Source of the DNA: Candidatus Pacearchaeota archaeon
GTDB taxonomy: Archaea > Nanobdellota > Nanobdellia > Pacearchaeales > GW2011-AR1
Length of the DNA: 62,434 nt
Assembly: GCA_018304025.1 (NCBI GenBank)
Contig: JAGVXA010000012.1
Coordinates: 1-62,434, forward strand
Direction: 5' to 3'
Shown here: piece after piece, positions 38,586 through 48,496 of the stretch
Position numbering within the stretch: the first letter of the stretch is position 1
How the letters are laid out: each line of letters starts with the position of its first letter
Notes under the pieces: generated by a model
Databases searched by the model: none
Told to the model about the DNA's origin: nothing
Seen by the model: the letters and a program-made list of their open reading frames with translations, nothing else
Program-made: the position numbers and the translations under genes

Positions 38586-40541
38586 ATGAAAAAAGGCGTG
38601 CTATTTGTTTTTGGAATTTTTGTTTTGGTTTATTTGGTTGAGAATGTTTCTGCTGACTGCGTTGGTGGGTGGACAGAAGGAAATAATATTTCACAATATG
38701 GAATAACTTGGTTTTTTGACAAGCCATATCAATGCGGGACTTTTGTCAATGGAGATTATTGGGTTGTTGGACCAGCAAATATAATAAAAATAATTCCGGA
38801 ATCTGTAGCAATCAATGAATCTGGAATTACTAACAGAATTATTAACGGAGCCATGATAAATATTAATTCTTCGATAAAACAAATAGGTTATGACAGTGCG
38901 ATAACTTCTTTTAGATACAATGAAAGTCTTAACGCTGCAAGAAAAAATGGCGCCCAAATTTCATCTGCGAACTTTTTGGAGTTACCTGCCAATACTTCTC
39001 TGGTTTCTACGATTAGCTTAAATTCAACTTTTTATGATTTTGGGGTCACGCAGGGTTATGTGCTAAAAACAGCTGCGATTTTGACAGTGCTAGATAAAGT
39101 TCCGGCGGAAGGAAGTTTTAGGCCGGCATATTGCGGAAACGATAAAACAATAAAATTTAATGAAAATCAATTGAACTATAATTTGCTGTCAAACTTAGAT
39201 AGAAAAAATTATACTAGCAGTTTGTCTTTGAAAATGTTAAATGAAACTGAAAGCCGCACCGAATCTTCTCCGGCGGAAAGACAGCTAAGCAGACCATGGC
39301 TTGACCACTTGGGGACTGGAATGGGCGATGTAATAATGCCGTATGAAAATGGAAATCGCTACCCAGGGTATCGAAATCAGCATATTCAGATTAGCGCGAT
39401 GATGCTGAATCTTGACTGGACAGGATCTCCAGGTTTTGTAAGCAATGAACAATTCAAGAGAGATTTGTTAGTTGAGAATGTTCAATTGGGAATTGATCTT
39501 TACGGAGTTTACAAATTTAATACCTATTTAGGATGGGATGCAGAGGGGGGGCACGGAATCAGCAGAAAATTTCCGATTATATTTGCGGGGACGATGTTAG
39601 ACGGTTCACAAGCAAACAGCGATGCAAGGGCAATGAAGAATCTTTCATTTTCGCCAGGAATTGAGATTGCTGAAGATCTGCAAATTTTTTATGTTAATCA
39701 AAGCACAATTGACGCCCAGAATAACAACTATAGTTCCAGCAATAATTGCAATCCTCAAAGAATGATACCTTGGGGAGACCCATTAAATGTTTGTGACTCG
39801 AGTGAATGCAATGGAGATGCTTGTGGTAATGCAGTTGGTCCGGATCCTCGTTCTACGTATATCATTCCATACGCTCAAACAGATTTTGGACTTCCTGAAT
39901 GGAAAATTGGCCCAGCACATCCAGGAACTTTTAACAGAGCATGGCGCAGTTACTATCGGCAAGTTTCTCAGGGTTATTTTCCAGGGATAGCACTCGCCGT
40001 AAGAATAATGAATTTAACTAAAGAATGGGATCATAATGAATTTTTAGACTACATGGACAGATATGTGGAAATTGAAAGAGAGTCTCGAAGAAGACTTGTG
40101 AATGCTGGTGGAAGTATGAATTATGGCGAATGCATTTATAATTATACGACGCATGTTTGCGAACCTGGAATTGAATTTAACATTCCTGGGACACCTCAAG
40201 AAGATATTCGTGGAAATGAAGTTCACGAAATTCTTGCAAGACATTACGCTTTTAGCTCTTCGCTTGTTGAAAATCTTTGGAATGATTACAGAGAGAGCTA
40301 TGGTTGTGTTTGGGAATATGATAATCTTACGGATTTGAATTCAAAGTGGCATTACAATTGTTCGGGCGCGCTGGTGCGATGCGAGGGGCACGCGTCTGTA
40401 GTCGGCGATTTAGTTGCGCAATGCAGTGATTATCCTAATCAGCGCGCATTGGAAGATAACCCGTGTGGATTTGGATGCGAAGGAATGGCAATGCCGGTTG
40501 AATCGTGCACAATAACAAAAGCATATTGGCAAATTGTGTAA
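38586..40541 (+). CDS. Secreted protein (paralog of 43711-45360) with C-terminal CTITKAYW tag
   Basis: Signal peptide; NISQYGITW.FDKPYQCG.FVNGDYWVVGP; PWLDH; DYMDRY. Confidence 0.8.
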   Translation: MKKGVLFVFGIFVLVYLVENVSADCVGGWTEGNNISQYGITWFFDKPYQCGTFVNGDYWVVGPANIIKIIPESVAINESGITNRIINGAMININSSIKQIGYDSAITSFRYNESLNAARKNGAQISSANFLELPANTSLVSTISLNSTFYDFGVTQGYVLKTAAILTVLDKVPAEGSFRPAYCGNDKTIKFNENQLNYNLLSNLDRKNYTSSLSLKMLNETESRTESSPAERQLSRPWLDHLGTGMGDVIMPYENGNRYPGYRNQHIQISAMMLNLDWTGSPGFVSNEQFKRDLLVENVQLGIDLYGVYKFNTYLGWDAEGGHGISRKFPIIFAGTMLDGSQANSDARAMKNLSFSPGIEIAEDLQIFYVNQSTIDAQNNNYSSSNNCNPQRMIPWGDPLNVCDSSECNGDACGNAVGPDPRSTYIIPYAQTDFGLPEWKIGPAHPGTFNRAWRSYYRQVSQGYFPGIALAVRIMNLTKEWDHNEFLDYMDRYVEIERESRRRLVNAGGSMNYGECIYNYTTHVCEPGIEFNIPGTPQEDIRGNEVHEILARHYAFSSSLVENLWNDYRESYGCVWEYDNLTDLNSKWHYNCSGALVRCEGHASVVGDLVAQCSDYPNQRALEDNPCGFGCEGMAMPVESCTITKAYWQIV

Positions 40542-40679
40542 AAATATAAATAGCATTTCTAATTTGGGAAATAGTTATTCTGAGAAGATTAGCTTCGGAG
40601 ATAATTAATGGGAAGAAGAATTTTTGAAGGGTTGTAAGATTACAAAAAATTTTTCTAAACTATAATCTCTGGAATTCAT

Positions 40680-40692
40680 AAAGATTTATAAA
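40680..40692 (+). promoter_or_regulatory. Archaeal BRE/TATA-like promoter, near-leaderless transcript
   Basis: AAAGATTTATAAA about 21 nt before the ATG at 40714; similar motifs precede other genes (e.g. 8091-8103). Confidence 0.5.
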
Positions 40693-40713
40693 TTTCCTGC
40701 TGCGTAAAGAGAG

Positions 40714-41280
40714 ATGAAAAAAGCTTTGGTGATTGTCGCGCATCCTGATGATGAAACAATCTGGATGGGCGGAACGATTTTGAGAAACAAGAACTGGGAG
40801 TGGACAATTTTTTCGCTGTGCAGAAAAAATGACGTCGACAGAGCGCCGAAATTCAAAAAAGTTTGCGAGATTTACAACGCTTCTTCGATTATTTCTGATT
40901 TGGATGATGAAATTTTGGAGCCGCTTGATATTTCTGAAGTTGCTGATAAAATGAAAGAAAAAATTTCCGGCGAGTGGGATTATATTTTTACGCACGGTGA
41001 GAACGGAGAGTACGGACACTTGAGGCACAAAGAAGTTCATCGGGCTGTCAAGGAGATGATTAGAAAAAAAGAATTGAATTGCAAGAATCTTTTCTTTTTT
41101 TCCTACGTTTTGCCGTCGGGAAATAAGATTCCTTCTCCAACAGATGCAGCTGATTTGAAAATAAATTTGAACAAAACAGAAATGAACGCAAAACGAAAAG
41201 TAATTAAAGATGTTTATGGTTTCAAAGAGAACAGCTTTGAATTTTTGAGCTGCAAAAAGGAGGAGTCGTTCAATAATTAA
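40714..41280 (+). CDS. PIG-L/LmbE-family N-acetylglucosaminyl deacetylase
   Basis: AHPDDE, THG..GEYGH..H. Confidence 0.88.
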   Translation: MKKALVIVAHPDDETIWMGGTILRNKNWEWTIFSLCRKNDVDRAPKFKKVCEIYNASSIISDLDDEILEPLDISEVADKMKEKISGEWDYIFTHGENGEYGHLRHKEVHRAVKEMIRKKELNCKNLFFFSYVLPSGNKIPSPTDAADLKINLNKTEMNAKRKVIKDVYGFKENSFEFLSCKKEESFNN

Positions 41281-41281
41281 A

Positions 41282-42499
41282 ATGAAAATAGTTGTGATGC
41301 ACCCATATCCGTTAGAAAGCGACGGGCAGAGCCTGCAGGGAGATTATCTTTTTCGCGGACTGAAAGAAATCGGAGAAGAAGTCATGCAGTGCGACAGAGG
41401 AAATAGTTTTCACAAGACGTGGGTTTACGAGCATTTCAAGCCAGACGTTGCAATCGGAGTTGGATTTTGGGCAGATACTCCAGAATTAATTCATGCTCCG
41501 CAGGAAGACGGCGTGCTGCCTGTTCCGTGGTTTAATGCCGACGGGTGGGTGGCGAATTACCAAGACGATTTGAACAAACTTCCTCTGATTGTTGCTACAA
41601 GCAACTGGGTTAAATCAACTTACATACGAGACGGCGTGAAAGGAGACAATATTGAAGTATGCTCGATTGGATTTGATCCTGCTGTTTTTTATCCTCGGCA
41701 AAAAAATGATCCTGCTGTTTTGAAATTAAGAGAGATGCTGGAAATTAAGGAAGATGAAAAAATGATTCTTACTGCGGGCGGGGATGTTACTTCGAAAGGG
41801 GCGCAGGAAATGTTGCAGGCGCTTGCGAAGATAGACAAAGAATTTCCGAAATGGAAATATGTCTGCAAGACAATGGATAGTTTTTCTGCGAAGAATCACG
41901 GCAAGGAAGAAAAATCTTTGATAAAAGAATTAGGGTTGGATAAGCACAAGATAAAATATCTTTCTGAAGATTTTTCTCCAGACTTTATGGCTCTTCTTTT
42001 GAACGCCTGCGATATTTACGCTGCTCCGTCGCGATTGGAGGGATTTGGAATGATTCAGGTTGAGGCGATGGCTTGCGGGAAACCTGTTATTTCAATAAAT
42101 GTCGGCGGGCCGAGGGACACGATTGTCCACGACAAAACAGGATTTTTAGTTGATGTTGCGCATGAGATTAAGCTGGAGAAAGAATGGGTTTACAAGCACA
42201 TGGGCTTCAAGGAAAAAATGATGATTGATTTTCCGATTCCGAAGACGTTTGCTTACCGAGCTGATATTAATCAGTTAGCGTCGTGCACTTTGAAATTAAT
42301 GAAGGATGATGTTTTGCGGGAGAAGATGGGGCTTAACGCAGCCAAACACGCTTTAGAGAATTTTCATTACAAAGTTATTGCGAGGAACATGAGGGATTTG
42401 ATTATGCGAAGAGTTTTCGACGGGAATGGGGAGAAGATTGCGCAGGGGATTAAGAATACTGTTGTGAAGAAGGAAGAGAATGGCAACGGGTTAGAGTAA
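41282..42499 (+). CDS. GT4-family glycosyltransferase
   Basis: PSRLEGFGMIQVEAMACGKPVI, TG.LV. Confidence 0.9.
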   Translation: MKIVVMHPYPLESDGQSLQGDYLFRGLKEIGEEVMQCDRGNSFHKTWVYEHFKPDVAIGVGFWADTPELIHAPQEDGVLPVPWFNADGWVANYQDDLNKLPLIVATSNWVKSTYIRDGVKGDNIEVCSIGFDPAVFYPRQKNDPAVLKLREMLEIKEDEKMILTAGGDVTSKGAQEMLQALAKIDKEFPKWKYVCKTMDSFSAKNHGKEEKSLIKELGLDKHKIKYLSEDFSPDFMALLLNACDIYAAPSRLEGFGMIQVEAMACGKPVISINVGGPRDTIVHDKTGFLVDVAHEIKLEKEWVYKHMGFKEKMMIDFPIPKTFAYRADINQLASCTLKLMKDDVLREKMGLNAAKHALENFHYKVIARNMRDLIMRRVFDGNGEKIAQGIKNTVVKKEENGNGLE

Positions 42500-43600
42500 A
42501 ACTTTTTTCTTTTTCAAAGATTCATACGCAAGAATATACATTCCCGCGTTCCACGCCTGATTGCCTTCTTTTGACAAAGAGTTTGGCTTTCCTGTTTTGC
42601 CGTCGAGCCATTCGCTGAATAATGGATTTTGCAAATTGGCTTTTGCAAGTTTTTCTAATTGACTCTTTGCTTCTGAGAATTTTTTCTGCTTGATTAATGC
42701 GAGGATGTAGAAGCCGCCGATGTAAGTCCAGATGCCGCTGTTCGAATATTGGTAGGGCGTGCGCGCGCCGCAGTCGTTAAAATAATCCTGCCAGTCCTTG
42801 CTTCCTTTTTTTATAGGGGGATAGATTGTTTTTATTGGAAATGGTTTTGCGATTTTTTCGTTTTGAATGTGCTGCAGAATTTTTTTAGCTTGTTGTTTTG
42901 AAGCGACATTGAAAATAACTGCTAATAAGTTGCCGAGCGAGTCGAACCATTCTCCTTTTTCCTGATAGGAGTTATGGTTTTTCCAGCGCCAGGGCAGGTA
43001 AAACTTTTCTTTCCAGAGAGAAACATCGCTTATTTCGTTGATTCTTTTTTTTAGTTTTTCTGCCTGCTTTTTTTTATTTGCTAATTTCAGAGCCTTGTAG
43101 TAAAGCGCCTGCGTGTTTATCGTGTGCCCGTATCTGTGGGGAAAGGCGTCCTGCCAATCTGTCGTCGGGAGCTGCTCCAGCATGATGTCTTCTGTTGTGT
43201 CCTGATAGGAAAGCCAGGTGAATGCTTTTTTGATATTCTTTTTTTGGGAGTTGAATAATTTCGAGTCATTGTATCTTTGCCTGTAAATGTAGTGCCCGAT
43301 TATAAACCAGAGAGTTGAGTCGATTGAAGTGAAGTCGACGTGATGTTTTCGTTTTACGAATTTGTCTACTGCGTTTGGGATTTGCCCTTTTTCGCTTTGT
43401 TCTTTCGCGAGAGTTTTTAACGACGCTGCGAATGTTTTTTTGAAGTTTTTTCCGAGGAGAGATGCGCCTAAAGAGGTTATCATTGAGTCTCTTGCCCAGA
43501 CCATGTCGTAGCCGGGGAAAGCTGCGAAAAATCCGTGGGGTGTTTCGCATTTTTTCAGAACTTTGACTGCTTCGCTGTACGCCCTCTTTGTTTCGTCCAT
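42491..43600 (-). CDS. (alpha/alpha)6 glycoside hydrolase, GH100 invertase/amylo-alpha-1,6-glucosidase-like
   Basis: VWARDS, GQIP, IDSTLWF, DWQD, Y.N.GIW, FSEW, QAWNAG. Confidence 0.8.
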   Translation of the reverse strand: MDETKRAYSEAVKVLKKCETPHGFFAAFPGYDMVWARDSMITSLGASLLGKNFKKTFAASLKTLAKEQSEKGQIPNAVDKFVKRKHHVDFTSIDSTLWFIIGHYIYRQRYNDSKLFNSQKKNIKKAFTWLSYQDTTEDIMLEQLPTTDWQDAFPHRYGHTINTQALYYKALKLANKKKQAEKLKKRINEISDVSLWKEKFYLPWRWKNHNSYQEKGEWFDSLGNLLAVIFNVASKQQAKKILQHIQNEKIAKPFPIKTIYPPIKKGSKDWQDYFNDCGARTPYQYSNSGIWTYIGGFYILALIKQKKFSEAKSQLEKLAKANLQNPLFSEWLDGKTGKPNSLSKEGNQAWNAGMYILAYESLKKKKVLL

Positions 43601-43710
43601 TGTTAAATTAATATTTTGGAGTTTAAATTGTTTTGGGAAAATTGTATAAATATTAATAAAAGTCATATAATAACAAATTTTAATAACTCTCCTTATTATT
43701 AATTTGAAAG

Positions 43711-45360
43711 ATGAAAAAGGTGTTAATTCTTTTTGGAATTTTTATTTTATTTAGTTTGAATTTTGTTTCTGCTGAATGCGCCGGCGGAGTTACTGTCGGA
43801 AATAATATCTCGCAATATGGCATAACCTGGACATTTGACAAGCCGTACCAATGCGGTCAATTCGTGAACGGGGATTACTGGGTCGTCGGGCCGGTGACGG
43901 TTCAAAGTGTTAACCCGCCGCCAACCGGCAGTGGCAGTTCCTTTCGCAACGGTTCGATGGTGAATCCACGAACCGGTTTAGACTCAAAACAAGGATATCA
44001 TGGCAATACATACGATTTTGATGCAAGCACATCAACAAGTTTTCCTCTCGATTTGTCTGCGGGTCAAAGTTTGCTTTCGTCAATATCAAACGCGGATGAT
44101 TTTCGTTTACCTAACGGTGTTTATCTTCCTATAAAAGTAATTGCTATTATCACTTGCTTAGATAGTAATCCTGGCGTTGATGCTTTTCGGCCTCAATACA
44201 GCACGGGAGCGAAAACCATTTATCATTCAACCGGATTGCTTACCAATTTGTTGCCGAACCTGACTCCTGCCAGCAATCCCCCCAGTTTAGAGAGTGTCGC
44301 GGCAGTTTTTGAGAAACCTTGGGTGGATCATTTCTGGGAATATCCCGGTGGTACTTTGCACCCACACCTTAATTTTCCGGAATGCACCTATGGCCGAGAT
44401 TCAACCATGCAGGTAGGTCGGGCAGCCCTAATGTTGTGTTCCGATAGTGCGGTTATTGGAGACAAAACTATTTTACTGAACCGGATTGTTCAATTAGGTA
44501 TCGATAATTATGGCTTAGTGCTCGCCGGGCAAAAATGGTCATCGCAGGGTGGGCATCCAATTGGCAGGAAACTCCCGATACTTATCGCTGGCCTAATGCT
44601 GAATGATTCCGAAATGTTTGGTGTCGGTACCAGCTATCCGCCAGACAGCATAACTTTCGGCGAAGATCACCAGATTGCCCACATCACCCAATCAATGATT
44701 GACGCGATTCAGCAACCTGAGGTGAGCGGGATTGTTCAGGGAGCGACGGCTAATACTGTTATTCTGCAAGAGGCTGCTTATCCACAATCATTGAATGATA
44801 TACAAAAAGACAATGAAATTGAAATAATTTCTGGGCGGGGATTGGGTCAACGCAGAACATTTTTGTCTTTTAACGCAAATACAAAAACCGGGACACTGAA
44901 AACCAATTGGGATATTATTCCAGACGGTACTTCGCGTTATCACGTTATCGGTTATGAGTCTAATATGCTTGGGGTGGCCGAATGGGGATCAAACCTGCGG
45001 GCGACAGGCGGCGTGCAAGCTAACCCATCGTGGTACGCTGGTTACCGAACACTCGTAGGATATACTCTAAACGGAGAAGCGTTAGCCGCTTTCATGTTGG
45101 GATTAAAGTCGGCATGGAATAACGACGCCTTTTTCGATTACACGGATCGTTACATGAATGTCACCGCTCCCAACGGAACGTATCCTGGTTATCGCTCCAT
45201 TGATGCGTGGACAGAAAGAATGTGGGACACATATCGTAATTGTTCTAACGGAATCCAAGATGGAACTGAAACAGGGGTTGACTGCGGGGGAATTTGCCCT
45301 GATGTATGCGAAGCGATGACGCAGTGCACGATAACAAAAGCATATTGGAAATTAATTTAA
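43711..45360 (+). CDS. Secreted protein (paralog of 38586-40541) with C-terminal CTITKAYW tag
   Basis: Same N-terminal block; PWVDH; DYTDRY; CSNGIQDG.ETGVDCGG.C module. Confidence 0.8.
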   Translation: MKKVLILFGIFILFSLNFVSAECAGGVTVGNNISQYGITWTFDKPYQCGQFVNGDYWVVGPVTVQSVNPPPTGSGSSFRNGSMVNPRTGLDSKQGYHGNTYDFDASTSTSFPLDLSAGQSLLSSISNADDFRLPNGVYLPIKVIAIITCLDSNPGVDAFRPQYSTGAKTIYHSTGLLTNLLPNLTPASNPPSLESVAAVFEKPWVDHFWEYPGGTLHPHLNFPECTYGRDSTMQVGRAALMLCSDSAVIGDKTILLNRIVQLGIDNYGLVLAGQKWSSQGGHPIGRKLPILIAGLMLNDSEMFGVGTSYPPDSITFGEDHQIAHITQSMIDAIQQPEVSGIVQGATANTVILQEAAYPQSLNDIQKDNEIEIISGRGLGQRRTFLSFNANTKTGTLKTNWDIIPDGTSRYHVIGYESNMLGVAEWGSNLRATGGVQANPSWYAGYRTLVGYTLNGEALAAFMLGLKSAWNNDAFFDYTDRYMNVTAPNGTYPGYRSIDAWTERMWDTYRNCSNGIQDGTETGVDCGGICPDVCEAMTQCTITKAYWKLI

Positions 45361-45424
45361 TATTTTTTCACACGTCGCGTTAAGTTTATAATATCTTATT
45401 GATTTATTATCGAATAGGATTAAA

Positions 45425-45520
45425 ATGAGAGTTGATTGGAAGGATGTGATTATCTGGATTTTGGGAATATTGGCATTGATAGTGATAGCTATAGGTTATT
45501 TTAGAGGAGAATTTGGATAA
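45425..45520 (+). CDS. 31-aa single-TM peptide
   Basis: MRVDWKDVIIWILGILALIVIAIGYFRGEFG; TAATG coupling; paralog at 59499. Confidence 0.55.
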   Translation: MRVDWKDVIIWILGILALIVIAIGYFRGEFG

Positions 45521-45756
45521 TGAAATTAAATATTTATGAAATATTATTTTGGATATTTTTTATACTTGCGATTGTAACTGTTTTCTGGTATATTTTTGGC
45601 GATAGTCCGACGATTGAACAGGCGTTATTAATTTTGGTAATTAGTCTTTTGTTTAAGATTCAGTCTAATGTATCGTTTAATACCGCAGAAATAACTATTC
45701 TGAAAAGAAGTTTTATTAGAATGGCTGACGATTTTAAAATGGCGAGGAAAAAATGA
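45520..45756 (+). CDS. Small 2-TM protein
   Basis: LFWI...W.IFG.SP; paralog at 59600. Confidence 0.75.
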   Translation: MKLNIYEILFWIFFILAIVTVFWYIFGDSPTIEQALLILVISLLFKIQSNVSFNTAEITILKRSFIRMADDFKMARKK

Positions 45757-46505
45757 AAATTAAATGGGGAAAACTTTTGAGAAAAGGGAAGGCGATGTTT
45801 CTTGCTTATGATCAGGGAATGGAGCACGGGCCGTCGGATTTTGACGACGAGAATGTTAATCCTTTGGATATTATTTCAATTGCTGAAAAAGGGAAATTTA
45901 CAGGGTTGATTGTGCAGAAAGGGATTGCTGAGAAATATAACGCAGAAATTAGAAAATCGCGAGTGCCTTTGATATTGAAACTGAATGGGAAAACTAATTT
46001 GTTCAAGGGAGAGCCGATTGCTCGGCAGTTATGCAGTGTGCGGGAAGCTCGGAAACTTGGCGCTCGGGCTGTCGGATATACGATTTACATCGGCAGTGAT
46101 TATGAAGATGAAATGGCGCAGGAATTTGAGAGGATTCAGAGAGAGGCGCATAAATTTAGAATGCCTGTTGTTGCCTGGGTTTATCCTCGAGGGAGATCTG
46201 TTAAGGGGAAATCAAAAATAAAATTAATGGCTTATGCTGCGCGGTTTGGATTGGAGGCGGGAGCTGATATTGTCAAGCTGAATTATTTTGGAGAGATGAA
46301 AGATTTGAAATGGGCTGTGAAATCTGCGGGGCGGTGCAAAGTTGTCGTCGCTGGCGGCGTTAAGAAAAATGAGAGAGAGTTAATGAAACAGGTTGGCGAG
46401 ATTATGGTTTCGGGTTGTTCTGGAATTGCAATAGGAAGAAATGTCTGGCAGGCGGATGAGCCTCTAAATGCTGCGGAGAAAATAAGAAACGTCGTTTTCA
46501 GATAA
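45753..46505 (+). CDS. fbaB: Class I (DhnA-type) fructose-bisphosphate aldolase
   Basis: LAYDQGMEHGP, AVGYT, YPRG, GADIVK, AGG, GRNVWQ. Confidence 0.88.
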   Translation: MKIKWGKLLRKGKAMFLAYDQGMEHGPSDFDDENVNPLDIISIAEKGKFTGLIVQKGIAEKYNAEIRKSRVPLILKLNGKTNLFKGEPIARQLCSVREARKLGARAVGYTIYIGSDYEDEMAQEFERIQREAHKFRMPVVAWVYPRGRSVKGKSKIKLMAYAARFGLEAGADIVKLNYFGEMKDLKWAVKSAGRCKVVVAGGVKKNERELMKQVGEIMVSGCSGIAIGRNVWQADEPLNAAEKIRNVVFR

Positions 46506-46564
46506 AATAATTAAGTTTAAAATAACAGGATTCTTTTGTTTATCATAAATAGGGTGCAGAAAAT

Positions 46565-47266
46565 ATGCTAAAAGGAAAAATTGCGATTGTTACTGGCGGG
46601 GCAAAGGGAATTGGCAAGAGTATCGCGGATAAATTAATTAAAGAAGGAGCGAAAGTTGTTGTTTTGGATATTGAGAAAGCGAAAACAAAGTATTCTGAAA
46701 TTTGTGATGTTTCTAAATTTGACGACGTGCAGAAAATTATTTCACGCGTCGGAAAGAAGTTTGGAAGGATTGATATTTTAGTCAACAACGCAGGGATTTA
46801 TCCTTTTCAAAATTTAGCGGAGATGGCGGAAGAGGAATGGGACAGAGTTATTGATATTGATTTGAAGAGCGTGTTTAACTGCACGAGGGCTGTTTTGGAT
46901 TTTATGAAAAAAGGCGGGAAGATTGTGAATATAACGTCGATAGCTGGTTCGCGTATTGGATTTTCCGGCTTGACGCATTATTGCGCTGCAAAATCCGGGA
47001 TTGTTGGTTTTACCCGGGCTGCTGCTTTGGAGCTGGCGCCTAAAAAAATTAATGTGAATGCAATTGCTCCGGGCTTGATTATTACGCCGGGCGTGACGAG
47101 CGGGCTGGACAAGAAAGGAATAGAAAGTACTGTTGGGATGGTTCCGTTGAAGAGGGCTGGACAACCAGAAGATATTGCCGACGCTGCTGTGTTTTTGGCT
47201 TCTTCTGGGGCTGATTATATTACTGGGGAGACAATTGCTGTCGACGGAGGATGGACGGTTTCTTAA
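46565..47266 (+). CDS. Short-chain dehydrogenase/reductase (FabG-like)
   Basis: TGGAKGIG, NNAG, YCAAK, VNAIAPG, VDGG. Confidence 0.92.
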   Translation: MLKGKIAIVTGGAKGIGKSIADKLIKEGAKVVVLDIEKAKTKYSEICDVSKFDDVQKIISRVGKKFGRIDILVNNAGIYPFQNLAEMAEEEWDRVIDIDLKSVFNCTRAVLDFMKKGGKIVNITSIAGSRIGFSGLTHYCAAKSGIVGFTRAAALELAPKKINVNAIAPGLIITPGVTSGLDKKGIESTVGMVPLKRAGQPEDIADAAVFLASSGADYITGETIAVDGGWTVS

Positions 47267-47267
47267 A

Positions 47268-47906
47268 ATGATAGTAATAAATTTCAAGAATTATAAATTT
47301 GGGAAAGAAACGGTTGAGCTTGCCAAGAAGATAGAGAAATATTTGCCTTCTGCTATTGCCTGCCCTTCGGCGCTTGACGCCGGCGATGTTTCTTGCTCGA
47401 CTAAATTAAAAGTTTACGCGCAGCACGTTGACAACTTCGATGGCGATAGAGCTACGGGTTTTGTTTTGGCTGGAGGGTTGAAAAAATTGGGAGTTCGCGG
47501 AAGTTTGCTGAATCATTCTGAGCATAGAATTCCTGAGAAAGAAATTGCGGAGACGATTGCGAAATGTAATTCGCTCGGATTGAAAATTATTTTGTGCGCT
47601 GAGAGTGTTGCTGAAGCTCGGAGATTTATTTCTTTGAAGCCCGAGGCGATTGCGTTTGAAGACAGGGATTTGATTGGGAGCGGGAAGTCGATTACAGATT
47701 ACAAAAGCGACGAGGTTAAAAAATTTGTCGGGGTTTTGCGAGGGAGCGGAGTGAAGGCTTTATGCGGCGCTGGGGTGAGTTCTGCGGAAGATGTTCGTGT
47801 TGCTTTTGAATTAGGATGCGACGGAGTTTTGATTGCTTCTGCGATTGTTAAGGGAGATTTGGAGAAAGCGGAGAAATTGCTGAGAGAGATTAGCAGAGTG
47901 AGATGA
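47268..47906 (+). CDS. tpiA: Triosephosphate isomerase, archaeal type
   Basis: INFKNY, AQHVD, LLNHSEH, CGAGV, GVLIASA. Confidence 0.9.
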   Translation: MIVINFKNYKFGKETVELAKKIEKYLPSAIACPSALDAGDVSCSTKLKVYAQHVDNFDGDRATGFVLAGGLKKLGVRGSLLNHSEHRIPEKEIAETIAKCNSLGLKIILCAESVAEARRFISLKPEAIAFEDRDLIGSGKSITDYKSDEVKKFVGVLRGSGVKALCGAGVSSAEDVRVAFELGCDGVLIASAIVKGDLEKAEKLLREISRVR

Positions 47907-47969
47907 ATTTTATTGGAGTTGCGTGCTGAAGAACAGAATATTTTTAATGTTCGTTTTCTTATTTTATCT

Positions 47970-48311
47970 ATGAAAGAGTATAAGGTGTTTCGTTCTCTTG
48001 CTTTTCAAGAGTAGGCTGCGAAGTATGACAAATTTTTTCAGGATAGAATTGATAAAATTGAAGATAAACTTATGTTTAATCCAGAGTACGGAACGCCTCT
48101 TGGGACGAGATGGTTTAGGGAATCACGATTTGAAAATTATCGCATTTATTATTTAATTTATGAAGATTTGCAGGCAGTTTATATGGCTGCGATAAGTGGG
48201 AAGAAGGATCAGCAAAAAACAATTAACACGATTAAACTTTTCTTGGAATTTTTTAGAGAAGAAGTTGAGAAGCTGGTGAACCGAGATGATTTTCAAGACG
48301 AAGAAGCTTAA
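47970..48311 (+). pseudogene. RelE/ParE-like toxin with in-frame TAG at 48012-48014
   Basis: MKEYKVFRS..FQE*..K.DK..Q.RI.K....L..NP..G.PL...WFRE.R...YRIYYLI. Confidence 0.7.
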
Positions 48312-48314
48312 ATT

Positions 48315-48449
48315 TTACTTTACTCTGATTACTCTGCCTTCTTTAATATCTTTTATACTTCTGACTAATTGTTTTAATAAATCTACGTCTATATTTGCCT
48401 GCATTTTCAATCTGTTATATTCTTCTTTTGATATTATAACTTTTTCCAT
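48315..48449 (-). CDS. 44-aa antitoxin-like peptide
   Basis: MEKVIISKEEYNRLK...RSIKDIKEGRV; convergent with the toxin. Confidence 0.6.
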   Translation of the reverse strand: MEKVIISKEEYNRLKMQANIDVDLLKQLVRSIKDIKEGRVIRVK

Positions 48450-48496
48450 ATTAAGAAAGGATGTTTAAAGTTTATAAAACTTGTGAAAAGAAAAAA

